Origin: an uncultured Nitrospinota bacterium
GTDB lineage: Bacteria; Tectomicrobia; Entotheonellia; J063; CAVPRW01
Length of the DNA: 64,000 nucleotides
Direction: 5' to 3'
NCBI GenBank assembly: GCA_963707985.1
Contig: CAVPRW010000010.1
Span: forward strand, 64,001 to 128,000
The notes beneath the pieces are model-generated. The model was not told where the DNA came from. It saw only the letters and a list, made by a program, of their open reading frames with translations, and ran no database searches. The translations under genes were made by a program, and so were the position numbers. Below, piece after piece: positions 13,344 to 24,291 of this stretch (the first letter of the stretch is position 1; every line of letters begins with the position of its first letter).

Positions 13344-13971
13344 ATGTCCGAGATTCTTGATCACGAACACTCGAGCTGACCAGCTCCTGCAATTGGAGGA
13401 GCTGCAAATCCTCTGCTATCCCACGCTGGCGGATAGCAGTCGCTTTAAAATGGTGCATCTCGAAAGCCACCTGCGGATTTTCCCAGAAGGGCAATGGGTA
13501 GCCCTCGACGGCGCACGCGTAGTGGGGATGTCGGCGGGATTCCTCTACACGTTCGACTTTGACCATCCGCACCACAGTTTCGATGAAATTATCGATTATG
13601 GTTTCTTCACGCGCCATGAGCCGCACGGGCAGCATTTCTACGGGGCAGACGTCAGTGTGCATCCGGATTACCGGGGCCGTGGCATCAGCCGTCGTCTCTA
13701 CGATGCCCGCAAAGCGTTGGTTCGGCAGCGTCTACTGCGTGGTATCGTGACCGGGGGCATGATTCCAGGTTTCGTGCACTATAAAGCAGTGATGGATGCA
13801 CAGACGTATGTTGCCCACGTCGTCTCCGGCGACATATTCGATCCTACCCTGTCCGTTCAATTACGGCAAGGCTTTCGCGTACGAGGCCTGTTGCCCAATT
13901 ACCTTCCTGACAGCGCCACAGACGGGTGGTCGGTGCTGATTGAATGGACGCCTGATTTGACCGCACCCTAA
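13344..13971 (+). CDS. GNAT N-acetyltransferase (YkwB-like); probable +1 frameshift near the start
   Basis: VSVHPDYRGRGISRRLYDARK motif A; FDPTLSVQL. ATG 13344 is one base out of frame (GAG ATT C TTG); an in-frame TTG lies at 13357. Confidence 0.8.
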
Positions 13972-14128
13972 AGATTTTGTATCATAAGCCTGCTGTTCAG
14001 TCTGGGTGGGGGCCTTCTCACTTGTAAGACTGACGAGTGGGCTTTATGCCACCCGGGATTTCGAAGCCCCGTTTTGGCGACGCAGCTGGTGGCAAAACGT
14101 GTCGACTATATGGAGCGGTGATAGCCCT

Positions 14129-14374
14129 GTGACACCTCATGTTCCCCCACCGGGACGCTCGATATGGCGATGGCTTTTGTATTGCGGGGGCGTCTGCCTA
14201 GAACTGCTGGGCATGGCATTTATGGGGGCGGTCATTGTGATGTTTTTTGGACAGGTGGAGGCAGGCGATTTGCTCTCACTGACCGCTCGGGGAATGATCT
14301 TATTTTACAGTGGGTGGTTTTGTGTGCGACAGGCGAGTCGAGGAGCAGGGCAGGCCTCGCAAGAACAGGGGTGA
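14129..14374 (+). CDS. Small two-TM hypothetical membrane protein
   Basis: Two hydrophobic segments; GGAG upstream of GTG. Confidence 0.5.
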   Translation: MTPHVPPPGRSIWRWLLYCGGVCLELLGMAFMGAVIVMFFGQVEAGDLLSLTARGMILFYSGWFCVRQASRGAGQASQEQG

Positions 14375-14379
14375 GAAGC

Positions 14380-14505
14380 ATGCGCGTAGAACGCGAGCGG
14401 GAACTGCGGAGACGTCGGAAGCGTCATGAAAAGGCTCGCAAGGAGCGCCGCAAAGCGGCTTTGATGCAGGCAGGGAAGTGGCCGCTGACCCCCATCAGGA
14501 CATAG
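14380..14505 (+). CDS. Small Arg/Lys-rich protein (DUF6800-like)
   Basis: MRVERERELRRRRKRHEKARKERRKA... 41 aa. Confidence 0.55.
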   Translation: MRVERERELRRRRKRHEKARKERRKAALMQAGKWPLTPIRT

Positions 14506-14511
14506 GGGTCG

Positions 14512-16996
14512 TTAGCCGACATGCATGAGTTCGAATTTTTGGTGCCAGCGGTGCATGAGCGCCTGACTCAGACCCTTGTGTTCGGGGTGGGACAGGTGGG
14601 GATCCTCAGCCACAAGGGCAAAGGCCTCGCGACGTGCTTCGGCCAGGATGCGCTGATCACGGATGAGATGGGCCACCCGCAACTCCGGCAGTCCGGACTG
14701 GCGCGTGCCTAGGAATTCCCCAGGACCACGAATCTCCAGATCACGTTCGGCGATCATGAAACCGTCGTGGTGCTCCGTCAGTGCCTGTAAACGCTGCTTG
14801 GCCTCTTCTGACATGGGGAAATCGGCCATCAACAGACAATAGGCTTGGTGATGGCTGCGTCCCACACGCCCCCGTAGCTGATGCAATTGGGCCAACCCAA
14901 AACGTTCGGCGTGTTCCACAAGCATAAGCGAGGCGTTAGGGACATCTACTCCGACCTCGATGACGGTAGTTGAGACCAACACCTGCAGGTTCCCACTTGA
15001 AAAAGCACGCATAATCTGCTCTTTCTCGTTGCTTTTCAAGCGCCCGTGCAGCAATCCCACCTGAAATTCTTGAAAGACCTCGCGTTGGAGCTGCTCTGCC
15101 ATGGCTGTCGCGGCACGCAGGTCGGTTTTCTCTGATTCCTCAATCACTGGATACACTACATACACCTGTTGCCCCTGGCGCAACACCTGTCTCATGAGCT
15201 CATAACTTTCGTCCCGACGACTCTCGTAGCACAGCTTGGTGATGACTGGCAGCCGGCCGGGCGGGAGCTCATCGATGATCGATACCTCCAGGTCGCCATA
15301 CACGGTCATGGCAAGCGTGCGTGGGATGGGAGTCGCTGTCATGACCAATACATCTGGAGAGTAGCCCTTGCGCTTCAGCGTCGCCCGCTGGAGCACGCCG
15401 AAGCGATGTTGCTCATCGATGACCGCCAAGCCAAGCGCCTTGAACTCCAACCCTTCCTGAATGAGGGCATGAGTCCCGATAACGAGGTCAACGTCGCCGG
15501 CGGTGATGGTCTCTAACAGTTCCCGTCGTCGGCTGCCTTTGATGGCGCTCGTCAACAACACCACACGCACACCAAACGGTTCCACCAGACGATGCATGGT
15601 CAGATAATGTTGTTCGGCGAGAATCTCCGTTGGCACCATGATCGCTGCCTGAAAGCCGCTTTCGATGGCCAGCAGCATCGCCAGCAAGGCGACGATGGTT
15701 TTACCGCTGCCCACATCACCTTGGAGTAAGCGATTCATCGGGTGCAGCCGCACGCATATTGGCCGATTATCTCGGCTAACACATGCTCCTGCGCCGTGGT
15801 GAGTTTGAACGGTAGTTGAGCGCGCAATTGATCGGCCAAGCGCACCAGTGCCGCGATACGCGACCCGGCGCTCTTCGATCGTCGTATCGCGCTGCCGCAG
15901 CGCCAGCCCAAGCTCCAGAAGAAATAGTTCCTCAAAGACCAGGCGGCGATGGGCTTCTGAGGACCCATGGTTCAACGCATCCAGATCGGCGTCAGCGGAC
16001 GGAAAGTGGACCTCTTGGAGATGCCTGTGAAGCCCCCATGAGATGTAAGTCGCGCTCGCAGGGCCGACGGTAGACAGTCCTCGACCTGATCGGCATACTC
16101 ATCCACAATGCGTTTGATGAACCGTGCGCAACGTTTTCTGGTGCAGGCCTTCGGTGGTCGGATACACTGGCACCAGACGCCCGGTATGGAGCGGCTCACG
16201 CTCATCGGCCTCAATGAGCTCCAAATCGGGGTGGTGCACCTCCTTGCGCTGTCCAGAGTATGGATTGATGCGGACCTCACCGGTCACTATCACCCGCTGG
16301 CCTGTGCGATAGCGCTGGCGCATGTAGGCTTCGTGAAACTGGAACCACAGGCAACGAATCGTCCCCGTGGCATCGCCGACGATCATTTCATAGAGCCGCC
16401 TGCCTCGTCCGGTTCGGCTGCTGCCGGAGACCAGGATGGTGCCTTCGAAGGTCTCCTGTGTCCCGACCTGTCAGGTTGCGGATCTGCTTCAGATTGGTGC
16501 GGTCATCATATCGGCGCGGCAGGAGCGCCAGGGCATCACCGATGGTCTCGATCCCTAATCGCTGGAGCATCTGCGCACGGGCCGGGCCCACGCCCTTGAG
16601 AAATTGGATCGACTGAGTCAGGACGTTGACAGGTGTCGGGGATGTGATCGGAGCATCCGAAGTGGAGACGAGGGGATGACGTTGTGGACTCTCAGGGAGC
16701 GGTCGATCGACAAGTGCCATGAGATGATCGAGGTGGCCAAGGGCTGTGCTGATGAGCTGATGCTTCGTGTTGGGATCGGACCGGTCGAAACCGGTGAAGA
16801 GACGACGGCAGGCATCGAGGTTGGCGGCAAGCTCTGGCGCAGGGTGCAATGCCGAGGCTGCCTCCAACCATTCGAGCAGGCGCCCTTCGAGGTCCTGGAG
16901 CACCGCGATCTTACGCACATTCTGGCGGGCTGCAAACTCGAGAGGACGCCGTAGCTGCTGCAACCGCTCGACAAACTGGTCGCGATCAAAGGCCAT
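14512..16996 (-). CDS. recG: ATP-dependent DNA helicase RecG (7 apparent +1 frameshifts at ~15740-16475)
   Basis: LKGVGP/PRRYDD wedge domain, QGDVGSGKT, DEQHRFG, TATPIPRT, QLRGRVGR, spread over consecutive frames. Confidence 0.92.
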
Positions 16997-17054
16997 GCCT
17001 ACCCCTATCGTCGATCTTCACAACTCCCCTTGGCTAATCGGTGAGGAAAAAACG

Positions 17055-17083
17055 TTGAGCTCTCGGGGAGGCTTTGGTATAGT
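17055..17083 (+). promoter_or_regulatory. Putative sigma70 promoter of rpmB
   Basis: TTGAGC-N17-TATAGT with extended TG. Confidence 0.55.
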
Positions 17084-17132
17084 ATCGCCGCTGTCGACCG
17101 AGAGCTCATCTGTTCATGGGGAGGTAGGAGGT

Positions 17133-17324
17133 ATGGCTCGGATATGTGACATCTGTTCCAAAGCCCCGATGTTCGGGCACAATATCAGCCACGCGCACAA
17201 TGTTACCAATCGCCGTTGGACGCCCAACATTCAGCGCATCAAGGTACGCCACGAGGGGAAAGTTCGTCGTATCCGTATCTGCACGCGCTGCCTGCGGTCA
17301 GGCAAGATTGAAAAGGTGATCTAA
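17133..17324 (+). CDS. rpmB: 50S ribosomal protein L28 (Zn-binding CxxC form)
   Basis: MARICDIC..GHNISHAHNVTNRRWTPNIQ..CTRCLRS; GGAGG RBS. Confidence 0.97.
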   Translation: MARICDICSKAPMFGHNISHAHNVTNRRWTPNIQRIKVRHEGKVRRIRICTRCLRSGKIEKVI

Positions 17325-17383
17325 CCGCAAGAAGATTGCGCCAACGGAAGCTCCAACGGTATCCGACAGGCGGTCGTCGCGGG

Positions 17384-19564
17384 TCACGCATGGCGTTTCC
17401 GCGGCCAATCTTTCACACGTATGACAGAGATGACCCCTTTCACCTGGCGAATCATCTTCATCACGCCTTGGAGATGATTGAGGTCATTAATATCGATGAC
17501 GAAGTTGAACAATGCCCGCTGTTCATCGCTCGTGGTCACAGTGGCCTCACGGATATTGACGTCGGAGAGCGCGATGGCGGCACTGATCTTCGCCAACATG
17601 CCGGTACGATCGACTGTCACGACCGAAATCCCGACCGGGTGCGGGATCACCTCTTCGACATCCCACTCGACCTCGATCATGCGTTCCGGCGTAAACTCGA
17701 CGAGGCGGGGACAATCCGATGTATGGATGGATACACCCCGTCCAATCGTGATGAAGCCAACAATGTCGTCCCCCGGCACCGGGTTGCAGCAGCGGGCGTA
17801 GCGGGTCATGATATCCTCAACGCCTCGCACCTTTACCCCGCCGACCTCATGGGCGGGAAGCTGTTTCGAGTCCGCCTTCGTGGGTTTCTGGCGCGCTTCC
17901 AAAACTTCCTTTGGCAGGAGTTTCGTCAGTACCTGAATGACTGAGATTTTGCCAAAGCCGATTTCGGCCATCAGGTCGATCGGCGTATTGAGGCTGAAAC
18001 GCTTCGCGACCTCGCTCATCTCCTCTGATTTCAACAAACTGCCGGCATTCAACCCATACTTCTGGATTTCGCGTTCAAGCAGTTCCTTGCCGAGGGTGAT
18101 GCTGCGTTCTTTCTCGGTGGCTTTAATCCAGGCTCTGATCTTGGCACGGGCGCGCGACGTCTTGACGATCTTCAACCAGTCTTTGCTGGGAAAGTGGTTG
18201 GGGTTGGTCAGAATCTCAATGACGTCCCCATTACGTAATTGATACTTCAGTGGCACCATACGATTGTTGACTTTAGCCCCGACGCACTTGTGCCCAATGG
18301 CGGTATGAATCGAATAGGCGAAGTCGATCGGGGTGGCGCCGCGAGGAAATGATTTGACGTCTCCGCGTGGTGTAAAGACATAGACCTCTTCGGGAAAGAG
18401 ATCGATCTTCAACGTCTCCATGAAATCATGGGCATCCCCCGCCGTGTCCTGCTGCCAATCTAGCAGTTGCCGCAACCAGGCGAACTTCTCGGTAACCTTC
18501 TCGTCGCTCTTACCTCCTTCCTTGTAGCGCCAATGGGCGGCAATGCCCTGCTCAGCGGTCTTATGCATGTCTTCGGTACGAATTTGGAATTCGACCCGCT
18601 CCCCCTGTGGTCCCATCAACGTCGTGTGCAAAGATTGGTACAAATTGGGCTTGGGGAGAGCGATAAAATCCTTGAATCGGCCTGGAACCGGGGTCCACAG
18701 CGCATGTAAGGTGCCGAGGGCAGCGTAGCAATTGCGCACGTTGTCAGTGATGATGCGTAGGCCAATGACATCATAGACATCATCGAAGCCAATTTTTTGC
18801 CGCAGCATCTTTTGATAAATACTGTAGAAGTGCTTAGGGCGCCCGAGCACTCTCGCGGGAACCCCGGAACCTTCCAACTCGACGAAGACACGCTCCCGGA
18901 TCTTCGCGACATAGGCTTCGCGCTCTTGTCGCCGTGATGCAATCTGGTCCTTCAAGTCGTGGTAGGCTTCCGGGTTCAGATACTTGAACGAGATATCTTC
19001 CAACTCCGATTTGACCCAATGGATACCCAGACGGTTGGCCAACGGCGCATAGATGTCCATCGTCTCCTGGGCGATGCGCTGCTGCTTATGCTCCGGCAGG
19101 TACTCGAGCGTGCGCATGTTGTGCAGGCGGTCGCCGAGTTTGACCAGGATGACACGGATGTCTTTAGCCATGGCGAGCAGCATCTTGCGAAAGGTTTCCG
19201 CTTGCCGCTCTTCCTGCCGCGAGAACTCGACCCGTCCTAATTTCGTCACACCGTCGACAATCACCGCCACCTCTTCACCAAACTCCTGCTGTAGCTGTGC
19301 CACCGTCACATCGCAATCTTCCACGGTGTCATGTAACAAACCACTACCAATGGTGACCGAGTCCATACGCAGGTCAGCCAGAATCATCGACACGCCAAGA
19401 GGATGGCTTAGATAGGGGGAGCCGCTGGCACGGCGATGTCCGGCATGACTCTTGGCCGCAAAGTTATAGGCGCGCTCGATGAGTTCCAGCTCGGCATTGG
19501 GATTGTATGACTGGACTTTCGATATGAGCTCTTGGACATCAGCCACCGCCGCATTATCCGACAT
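17384..19564 (-). CDS. rel: Bifunctional (p)ppGpp synthetase/hydrolase (long RSH)
   Basis: HD hydrolase LLHDTVED, synthetase RFKD and YQSLHT, TGS, ZFD (CCNPVPGD) and ACT domains. Confidence 0.96.
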   Translation of the reverse strand: MSDNAAVADVQELISKVQSYNPNAELELIERAYNFAAKSHAGHRRASGSPYLSHPLGVSMILADLRMDSVTIGSGLLHDTVEDCDVTVAQLQQEFGEEVAVIVDGVTKLGRVEFSRQEERQAETFRKMLLAMAKDIRVILVKLGDRLHNMRTLEYLPEHKQQRIAQETMDIYAPLANRLGIHWVKSELEDISFKYLNPEAYHDLKDQIASRRQEREAYVAKIRERVFVELEGSGVPARVLGRPKHFYSIYQKMLRQKIGFDDVYDVIGLRIITDNVRNCYAALGTLHALWTPVPGRFKDFIALPKPNLYQSLHTTLMGPQGERVEFQIRTEDMHKTAEQGIAAHWRYKEGGKSDEKVTEKFAWLRQLLDWQQDTAGDAHDFMETLKIDLFPEEVYVFTPRGDVKSFPRGATPIDFAYSIHTAIGHKCVGAKVNNRMVPLKYQLRNGDVIEILTNPNHFPSKDWLKIVKTSRARAKIRAWIKATEKERSITLGKELLEREIQKYGLNAGSLLKSEEMSEVAKRFSLNTPIDLMAEIGFGKISVIQVLTKLLPKEVLEARQKPTKADSKQLPAHEVGGVKVRGVEDIMTRYARCCNPVPGDDIVGFITIGRGVSIHTSDCPRLVEFTPERMIEVEWDVEEVIPHPVGISVVTVDRTGMLAKISAAIALSDVNIREATVTTSDEQRALFNFVIDINDLNHLQGVMKMIRQVKGVISVIRVKDWPRKRHA

Positions 19565-19760
19565 GATGTGATTCCTTCCGTGCTGTCTCATCCGAGGCTG
19601 TTGGGGTGACGTCTATTTCCTCACCCCCCTGTGCCATCAGTTTCAAATTCCGGATCGCGCTCCGAAAATTGTTGCCAAGCTGCGACAATCGGCCCCAGCC
19701 GAATATAAACAGGACTATGCCTAAGACGACTACAAGTTCCGCAAAACCGAAGCCGAACAT
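19554..19760 (-). CDS. tatA: TatA/E-family twin-arginine translocase subunit (divergent)
   Basis: MFGFGFAEL..LFIFG TM + hinge + amphipathic helix, followed by EEIDVTP. Confidence 0.7.
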   Translation of the reverse strand: MFGFGFAELVVVLGIVLFIFGWGRLSQLGNNFRSAIRNLKLMAQGGEEIDVTPTASDETARKESHHVG

Positions 19761-20224
19761 CGTTTCTCCCACAGGCACCCAAAGCAAGCGACCTAATGTC
19801 GATGTGTCAAAGTCGTCAGCTGGTATCTGGGGCATCCTCTGCAACAACCACCACAACCGCGATGGATTTGTCGCCCCTGCCGACGTGGTCAACACCACAT
19901 CAAAACACTTGGTAGGGGCAGGACCAAGGGCAACAGCTTTGAGTCTATCAAAGCCTACCCCTGGGTGTCAACCGGAGGGAAGCCTAATCAACCAACGTCT
20001 CAGCCGGAGGGGAGACCGCTGCTTTGGGTTGCAAAGCTCTGCCCCACCAGTAGATATTGGGTACGCCACCAATCATCCACAGGGCTATTGCACCACTCTC
20101 CAGGTGTAAGTTAGTGAAATTCCGAAGTGAACCCGGTGAGGATAGCCGCGTTGACTCCTGACAACCCGTATGATACCGTATCTATTAAATTACCCACAGT
20201 CGATCTCTACAAAGGTTTCCAGGT

Positions 20225-21445
20225 ATGCCCACACGTACCACATTCATGCTGTATGTGACTGCAGGGCTGAGTTTCATCGGCTTTGCTCAGGTATATTTGC
20301 TGGGAAAGAGTCACCGTCTGCTGTGGCGATCGTCACTACGTCCTCGTATACGTCAGGTCCTTTTCGGGGCTCTATGTGCCTTTGTCGTACTGATGTATAT
20401 GCCCTACCCTCTGCGCTTGCTCTACAGGTGGCCAGATCAAGAGGTATCCGCGCTTGTGCTCTATGGTCTGCTCTATCCCTTTAGCCTGTGGGGCATGATC
20501 TCTGTGTCGATTTTTCTCATCGTCCTGGTCACGGATCTCGGTGTCGCCGTGTTCAAACTCTGGCGACCCCAATTTCCTATGTATAGGCCGCTAAACAAGT
20601 CCCTCGCCGAGCCACTGTGCACCACTCGCAGGGAGTTTTTGAGATGGAGTGCCGCCGCAGTCGCGTTGTCCCCGGTAGGAGTATTTACGTACGGAGCAGC
20701 TATCGGTAAGGAGCGATATGAGACCGTCGAGCGCACCATCAGGCTTCCTAGACTCTCTCCGGTGTTAGCCGGCCTGCGGGTCGTTCAACTCACAGATATC
20801 CATGTGGGAAATTTCATGAAGCAGGCCAAGCTTGAATGGTATGTTCGGGCGGTGAACGATCTGCACCCGGATCTTATTGCGCTCACCGGAGACTTCATTG
20901 GTTCGTCGGCGCATTTCATTCCAGCATGTGCCGCTGCTCTGGAGAAACTGCAGGCGCGAGAGGGCGTCTTTGCCTGTTTGGGCAACCATGATTATTGGGT
21001 CGGCGCTGAGCGCGTTACAGAGGCCTTAGAGACGGCAGGAGTGGAGGTGTTGCGCAACGAAGCCCGCAAGTTGTCCTTGAAGGGGGCCACCTTGAATGTC
21101 GCCGGGGTTGACGACCCGTGGCGCGGTTTTGCCGACTTCGACCGGGCGCTGTCGATGAGCGATCCGAATGCCCCCACGATCATGCTGTGCCACCAACCGG
21201 ACCTTTTCCCAGCAGTGGTACAACGCGATGTGGATCTTACCCTAGCTGGGCACTATCACGGGGGGCAGGTCAAGTTGCAATTCCTCGGCATGGAAGTGTC
21301 ACCAGCACACCTCGTCTCCGAGTTCGTCGAAGGACACTTCGTCCAGGGTCGCTCGCAGCTATATGTCAGCCGTGGCATCGGCATTACCGGTCCGCCGGTG
21401 CGTCTCAATGCTGCGCCAGAAATCACCCTCCTGCATCTCACGTGA
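20225..21445 (+). CDS. Membrane-anchored metallophosphoesterase (YkuE/YaeI-like)
   Basis: DIH, GD, GNHD, GHYHGGQ motifs; N-terminal TMs and an internal RREFL twin-arginine-like motif. Confidence 0.9.
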   Translation: MPTRTTFMLYVTAGLSFIGFAQVYLLGKSHRLLWRSSLRPRIRQVLFGALCAFVVLMYMPYPLRLLYRWPDQEVSALVLYGLLYPFSLWGMISVSIFLIVLVTDLGVAVFKLWRPQFPMYRPLNKSLAEPLCTTRREFLRWSAAAVALSPVGVFTYGAAIGKERYETVERTIRLPRLSPVLAGLRVVQLTDIHVGNFMKQAKLEWYVRAVNDLHPDLIALTGDFIGSSAHFIPACAAALEKLQAREGVFACLGNHDYWVGAERVTEALETAGVEVLRNEARKLSLKGATLNVAGVDDPWRGFADFDRALSMSDPNAPTIMLCHQPDLFPAVVQRDVDLTLAGHYHGGQVKLQFLGMEVSPAHLVSEFVEGHFVQGRSQLYVSRGIGITGPPVRLNAAPEITLLHLT

Positions 21446-21513
21446 CCTTTCACGATTGTCTGGCGATTACCCTGCCCAATGCTATGATCGAGACTGCCAC
21501 GAGACGTCGGGAC

Positions 21514-21870
21514 TCATTCCATGAATATGTAACTGTAGAGACGTTCATCCGCAAAGAGGACGGCCACGGCCCGCTGTTGAGTGGTCTTGCGTTCTTCGTT
21601 GTAAAGACCTAGAAATAAGACTGAATGCTTTTCAATGCTGTGATCATAGATCCAGGCTTCGCGATCCTGAAGCACCGAATTGCGTGTCGGAACGCCCAGC
21701 ACTCGTAGGACGTCAGCCTTGGTGGACAGGCCCGGTTGCAATTGAGCCAATAGCAGTGGGTCGATTTCCGTCCCACGTTCCTTGAGGTCGACCAGGCAGC
21801 CCTCGAGAAGCAAAGGCAACACGATCACTAATACCCACCATTGATTCATCTGCACGCGCTTGGTCCCCAT
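21514..21870 (-). CDS. BamE/SmpA-like outer-membrane lipoprotein
   Basis: Lipobox LLEGC; LQPGLSTKADVLRVLGVP...WIY. Confidence 0.7.
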   Translation of the reverse strand: MGTKRVQMNQWWVLVIVLPLLLEGCLVDLKERGTEIDPLLLAQLQPGLSTKADVLRVLGVPTRNSVLQDREAWIYDHSIEKHSVLFLGLYNEERKTTQQRAVAVLFADERLYSYIFME

Positions 21871-21876
21871 TTTGCG

Positions 21877-23052
21877 CTATCGTCCAAACAGCCGCCAGAT
21901 GAGGCCGACTTTTGGAATTTCTTCCGGCACAACGACGGCGGTTCGGGCCAGGATTTGCTCCTGGTACTTGATGCGTACCTCACCGATGACTTGCCCACGA
22001 TGGGCAGGAGCTGGCAAATCATTGGGAACCTGAACATCAGTGAGCAGTTGTTTTTCGATGTCCTTCTTGACGACTACAGCGACGTCCTCCTGAGCTACCG
22101 CCCGTACCTTCCTGATGGTGCTTCCCGACACCTTGATTTCCGGGCCAACCGGTGCATCCTTCCGCACCAACACCACCTTTCTGTAGCTATTGAAGCCCAT
22201 CGCCAGAAGGCGTTTGGCCTCATCGAATCGCACGGTGCTGTTCGGTGCTCCCATGACCACGGCGATCATGCGCACTCCATCACGTTGCGCCGTAGCCGTG
22301 ACATTGAAGCCTGCCTGGGCATGGAAGCCGGTCTTGAGCCCATCGACGCCCGGAAACTGGTAGACGAGCTTGTTGGTATTGGTCAGAGTAAATTTGCCTC
22401 CCCTTAGGCTATCTTCCTTAGTGGCACTCCAAACAAAGAGCTCGGGATATTTGGTGAGTTCGCGGGCAAGAACCGCCATATCGTGGGCACTGGTCAGGTC
22501 ACTCGGATCCCCATTGCTTGGCGGTAAGCCATGGACTGTCTCAAAATGGGTCTCGTTCATGCTCAGTCCCTTGGCCCGCTCATTCATCAGCACCAAGAAG
22601 CCCTCGACCGTTCCTGAGATGTGCTCGGCTACAGCCACACAGGCGTCATTTGCGGAAGCAATCGCGACGGCCTTCATCATCTCTTCGAGCGTAAACACCT
22701 CGCCCTCACGCAGATAGACCTGAGACCCGCCCATTTTGCTTGCATGCGTCGTGGCGGTGATGCTATCACTCAGGTGCACCTCGCCAGCCCGCAGCTTCTC
22801 CATGACGATGAGCATGAGCATCATCTTCACCATCGAAGCCGGGGCACGTTGCTTATGGATGTCTTTCTCGAAGAGGATGGCCCCCGTTGCGACCTCCATG
22901 AGTAAGGCCGATTCAATCGGTGGTGGCGCCGCACCGTTCGCCGGCCGCCGCTTCGAGCGCTCTCCGGCAGTGGCGAGGGAGACTAAGACTACCACACCAA
23001 GAGAGAGCACTATGATGCCGAGCAGTCCTCGACGCGCAGGTTGTCGCGGCAT
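21877..23052 (-). CDS. dacA: D-alanyl-D-alanine carboxypeptidase (PBP5/6)
   Basis: SxxK (ASMVK), SxN (SAN) and KTG motifs; PBP5 C-terminal domain. Confidence 0.92.
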   Translation of the reverse strand: MPRQPARRGLLGIIVLSLGVVVLVSLATAGERSKRRPANGAAPPPIESALLMEVATGAILFEKDIHKQRAPASMVKMMLMLIVMEKLRAGEVHLSDSITATTHASKMGGSQVYLREGEVFTLEEMMKAVAIASANDACVAVAEHISGTVEGFLVLMNERAKGLSMNETHFETVHGLPPSNGDPSDLTSAHDMAVLARELTKYPELFVWSATKEDSLRGGKFTLTNTNKLVYQFPGVDGLKTGFHAQAGFNVTATAQRDGVRMIAVVMGAPNSTVRFDEAKRLLAMGFNSYRKVVLVRKDAPVGPEIKVSGSTIRKVRAVAQEDVAVVVKKDIEKQLLTDVQVPNDLPAPAHRGQVIGEVRIKYQEQILARTAVVVPEEIPKVGLIWRLFGR

Positions 23053-23238
23053 GTCGATCCTCCCATTCTCAAGCATTATGCCAGCGTCATTCCTCTCAAT
23101 GGGTCTGGCGCATCCTCTCCCGCGTCAGCGATCCTTGCGAGGGAATCAGCTATGGGAGAGACTCTTCTGTGTCGGACGAAAGTACGGAACATTTTGAAAA
23201 AAGGAGGCTCCTGCACCACTTGAGCGACGGTTTATAGA

Positions 23239-24282
23239 TCAGCTGATGCCTGTAGTGGAGACGATCTTGCTGATCAGGTGAGATCCATCTGGGATGGCCA
23301 CATCATTCAAGATAATCGAGCCCACAATCGTCACCCCTCGCCCGACGCGAACGCGCGGCCAGAGGACGCTCTGCACCAGGCATACATCGTCAGCGAGCTC
23401 GCAACCCTCACCTAGAATCACCTCCGGCCCAATACCGCCGCTGACCTGCACGTCATCACCAGCCCGGCCAGCCGTTGCCGAACCTACCACCTCTGCCGGT
23501 CTCCCATAAACCGGTGCAGCCATGCTCAGGCCATCCACATCGGGCGGTAGGTTCACAGCCGGTCCGGCACGCCCACCGACAGCGTCCATATTGGTTTCCC
23601 AGTATCGACGGGGTGTGCCTATGTCCGACCAATAGCCCTGCATCAGGTAACCATATAAGCGCGACGGATGACGGAGGAGAGTTGGATACACATCGGTTGT
23701 TAGAGCGGCGACGCTCGCTATCGAGAGAGCGTCGAGCACCGCTGGATCAAGGATTTGTACGCCGGTGAAAAGTGTTTCGGTAAGCGGCCCAGAGACCCAA
23801 GGGAGCTGCTGGTCAACGAACTGGGCGATTTGCCCATGGGCGTTCACCTTGATCTTACCGTAGTTGTATCGGTGGTGTGCAGGATGCAGCACGATCGTCG
23901 CCAGTGCTGCGCGCGATAGATGATACTGAATCACGGCCGACAAGTCAACGTCGAAAAGAATGTCGCCGTGCACGATGAGAGCCGGTTCGTTTCCAAAGAA
24001 CTGGCGCATGCGCTGCACGCCACCAGCGGATCCAAGTAGCTCCGCTTCTTCAGAGTACGTCACCTCAACTCCGAGATGCTCGCCACGGCCCAACCAGCTT
24101 CGGATTTGCTCACCTCGGTAGTGCAGGTTGATGGCAATCTCGTGAATGCCTGCCTGCCGCACGTGCCAGATGAGGTACCACAAGAGGGGGCGATTGAGTA
24201 TTGGCACCAGCGGTTTTGGAAGATACCTTGTGAGAGGGCGCAGCCGACTTCCGAGGCCGGCTGCCAAGATCATGGCGCGCAC
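23239..24282 (-). CDS. NDP-sugar pyrophosphorylase (mannose-1-phosphate guanylyltransferase-like)
   Basis: ILAAGLGSRLRPLT..PKPL; YWSDIGT; C-terminal LbH region. Confidence 0.88.
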   Translation of the reverse strand: MRAMILAAGLGSRLRPLTRYLPKPLVPILNRPLLWYLIWHVRQAGIHEIAINLHYRGEQIRSWLGRGEHLGVEVTYSEEAELLGSAGGVQRMRQFFGNEPALIVHGDILFDVDLSAVIQYHLSRAALATIVLHPAHHRYNYGKIKVNAHGQIAQFVDQQLPWVSGPLTETLFTGVQILDPAVLDALSIASVAALTTDVYPTLLRHPSRLYGYLMQGYWSDIGTPRRYWETNMDAVGGRAGPAVNLPPDVDGLSMAAPVYGRPAEVVGSATAGRAGDDVQVSGGIGPEVILGEGCELADDVCLVQSVLWPRVRVGRGVTIVGSIILNDVAIPDGSHLISKIVSTTGIS

Positions 24283-24291
24283 AGTTGGGGG

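Noticed and set aside
14512..16996. recG, menB and nuoL as genuine pseudogenes or programmed frameshifts
   Set aside because: All lesions are single-base insertions without slippery sites or nonsense decay; sequencing error is more parsimonious.
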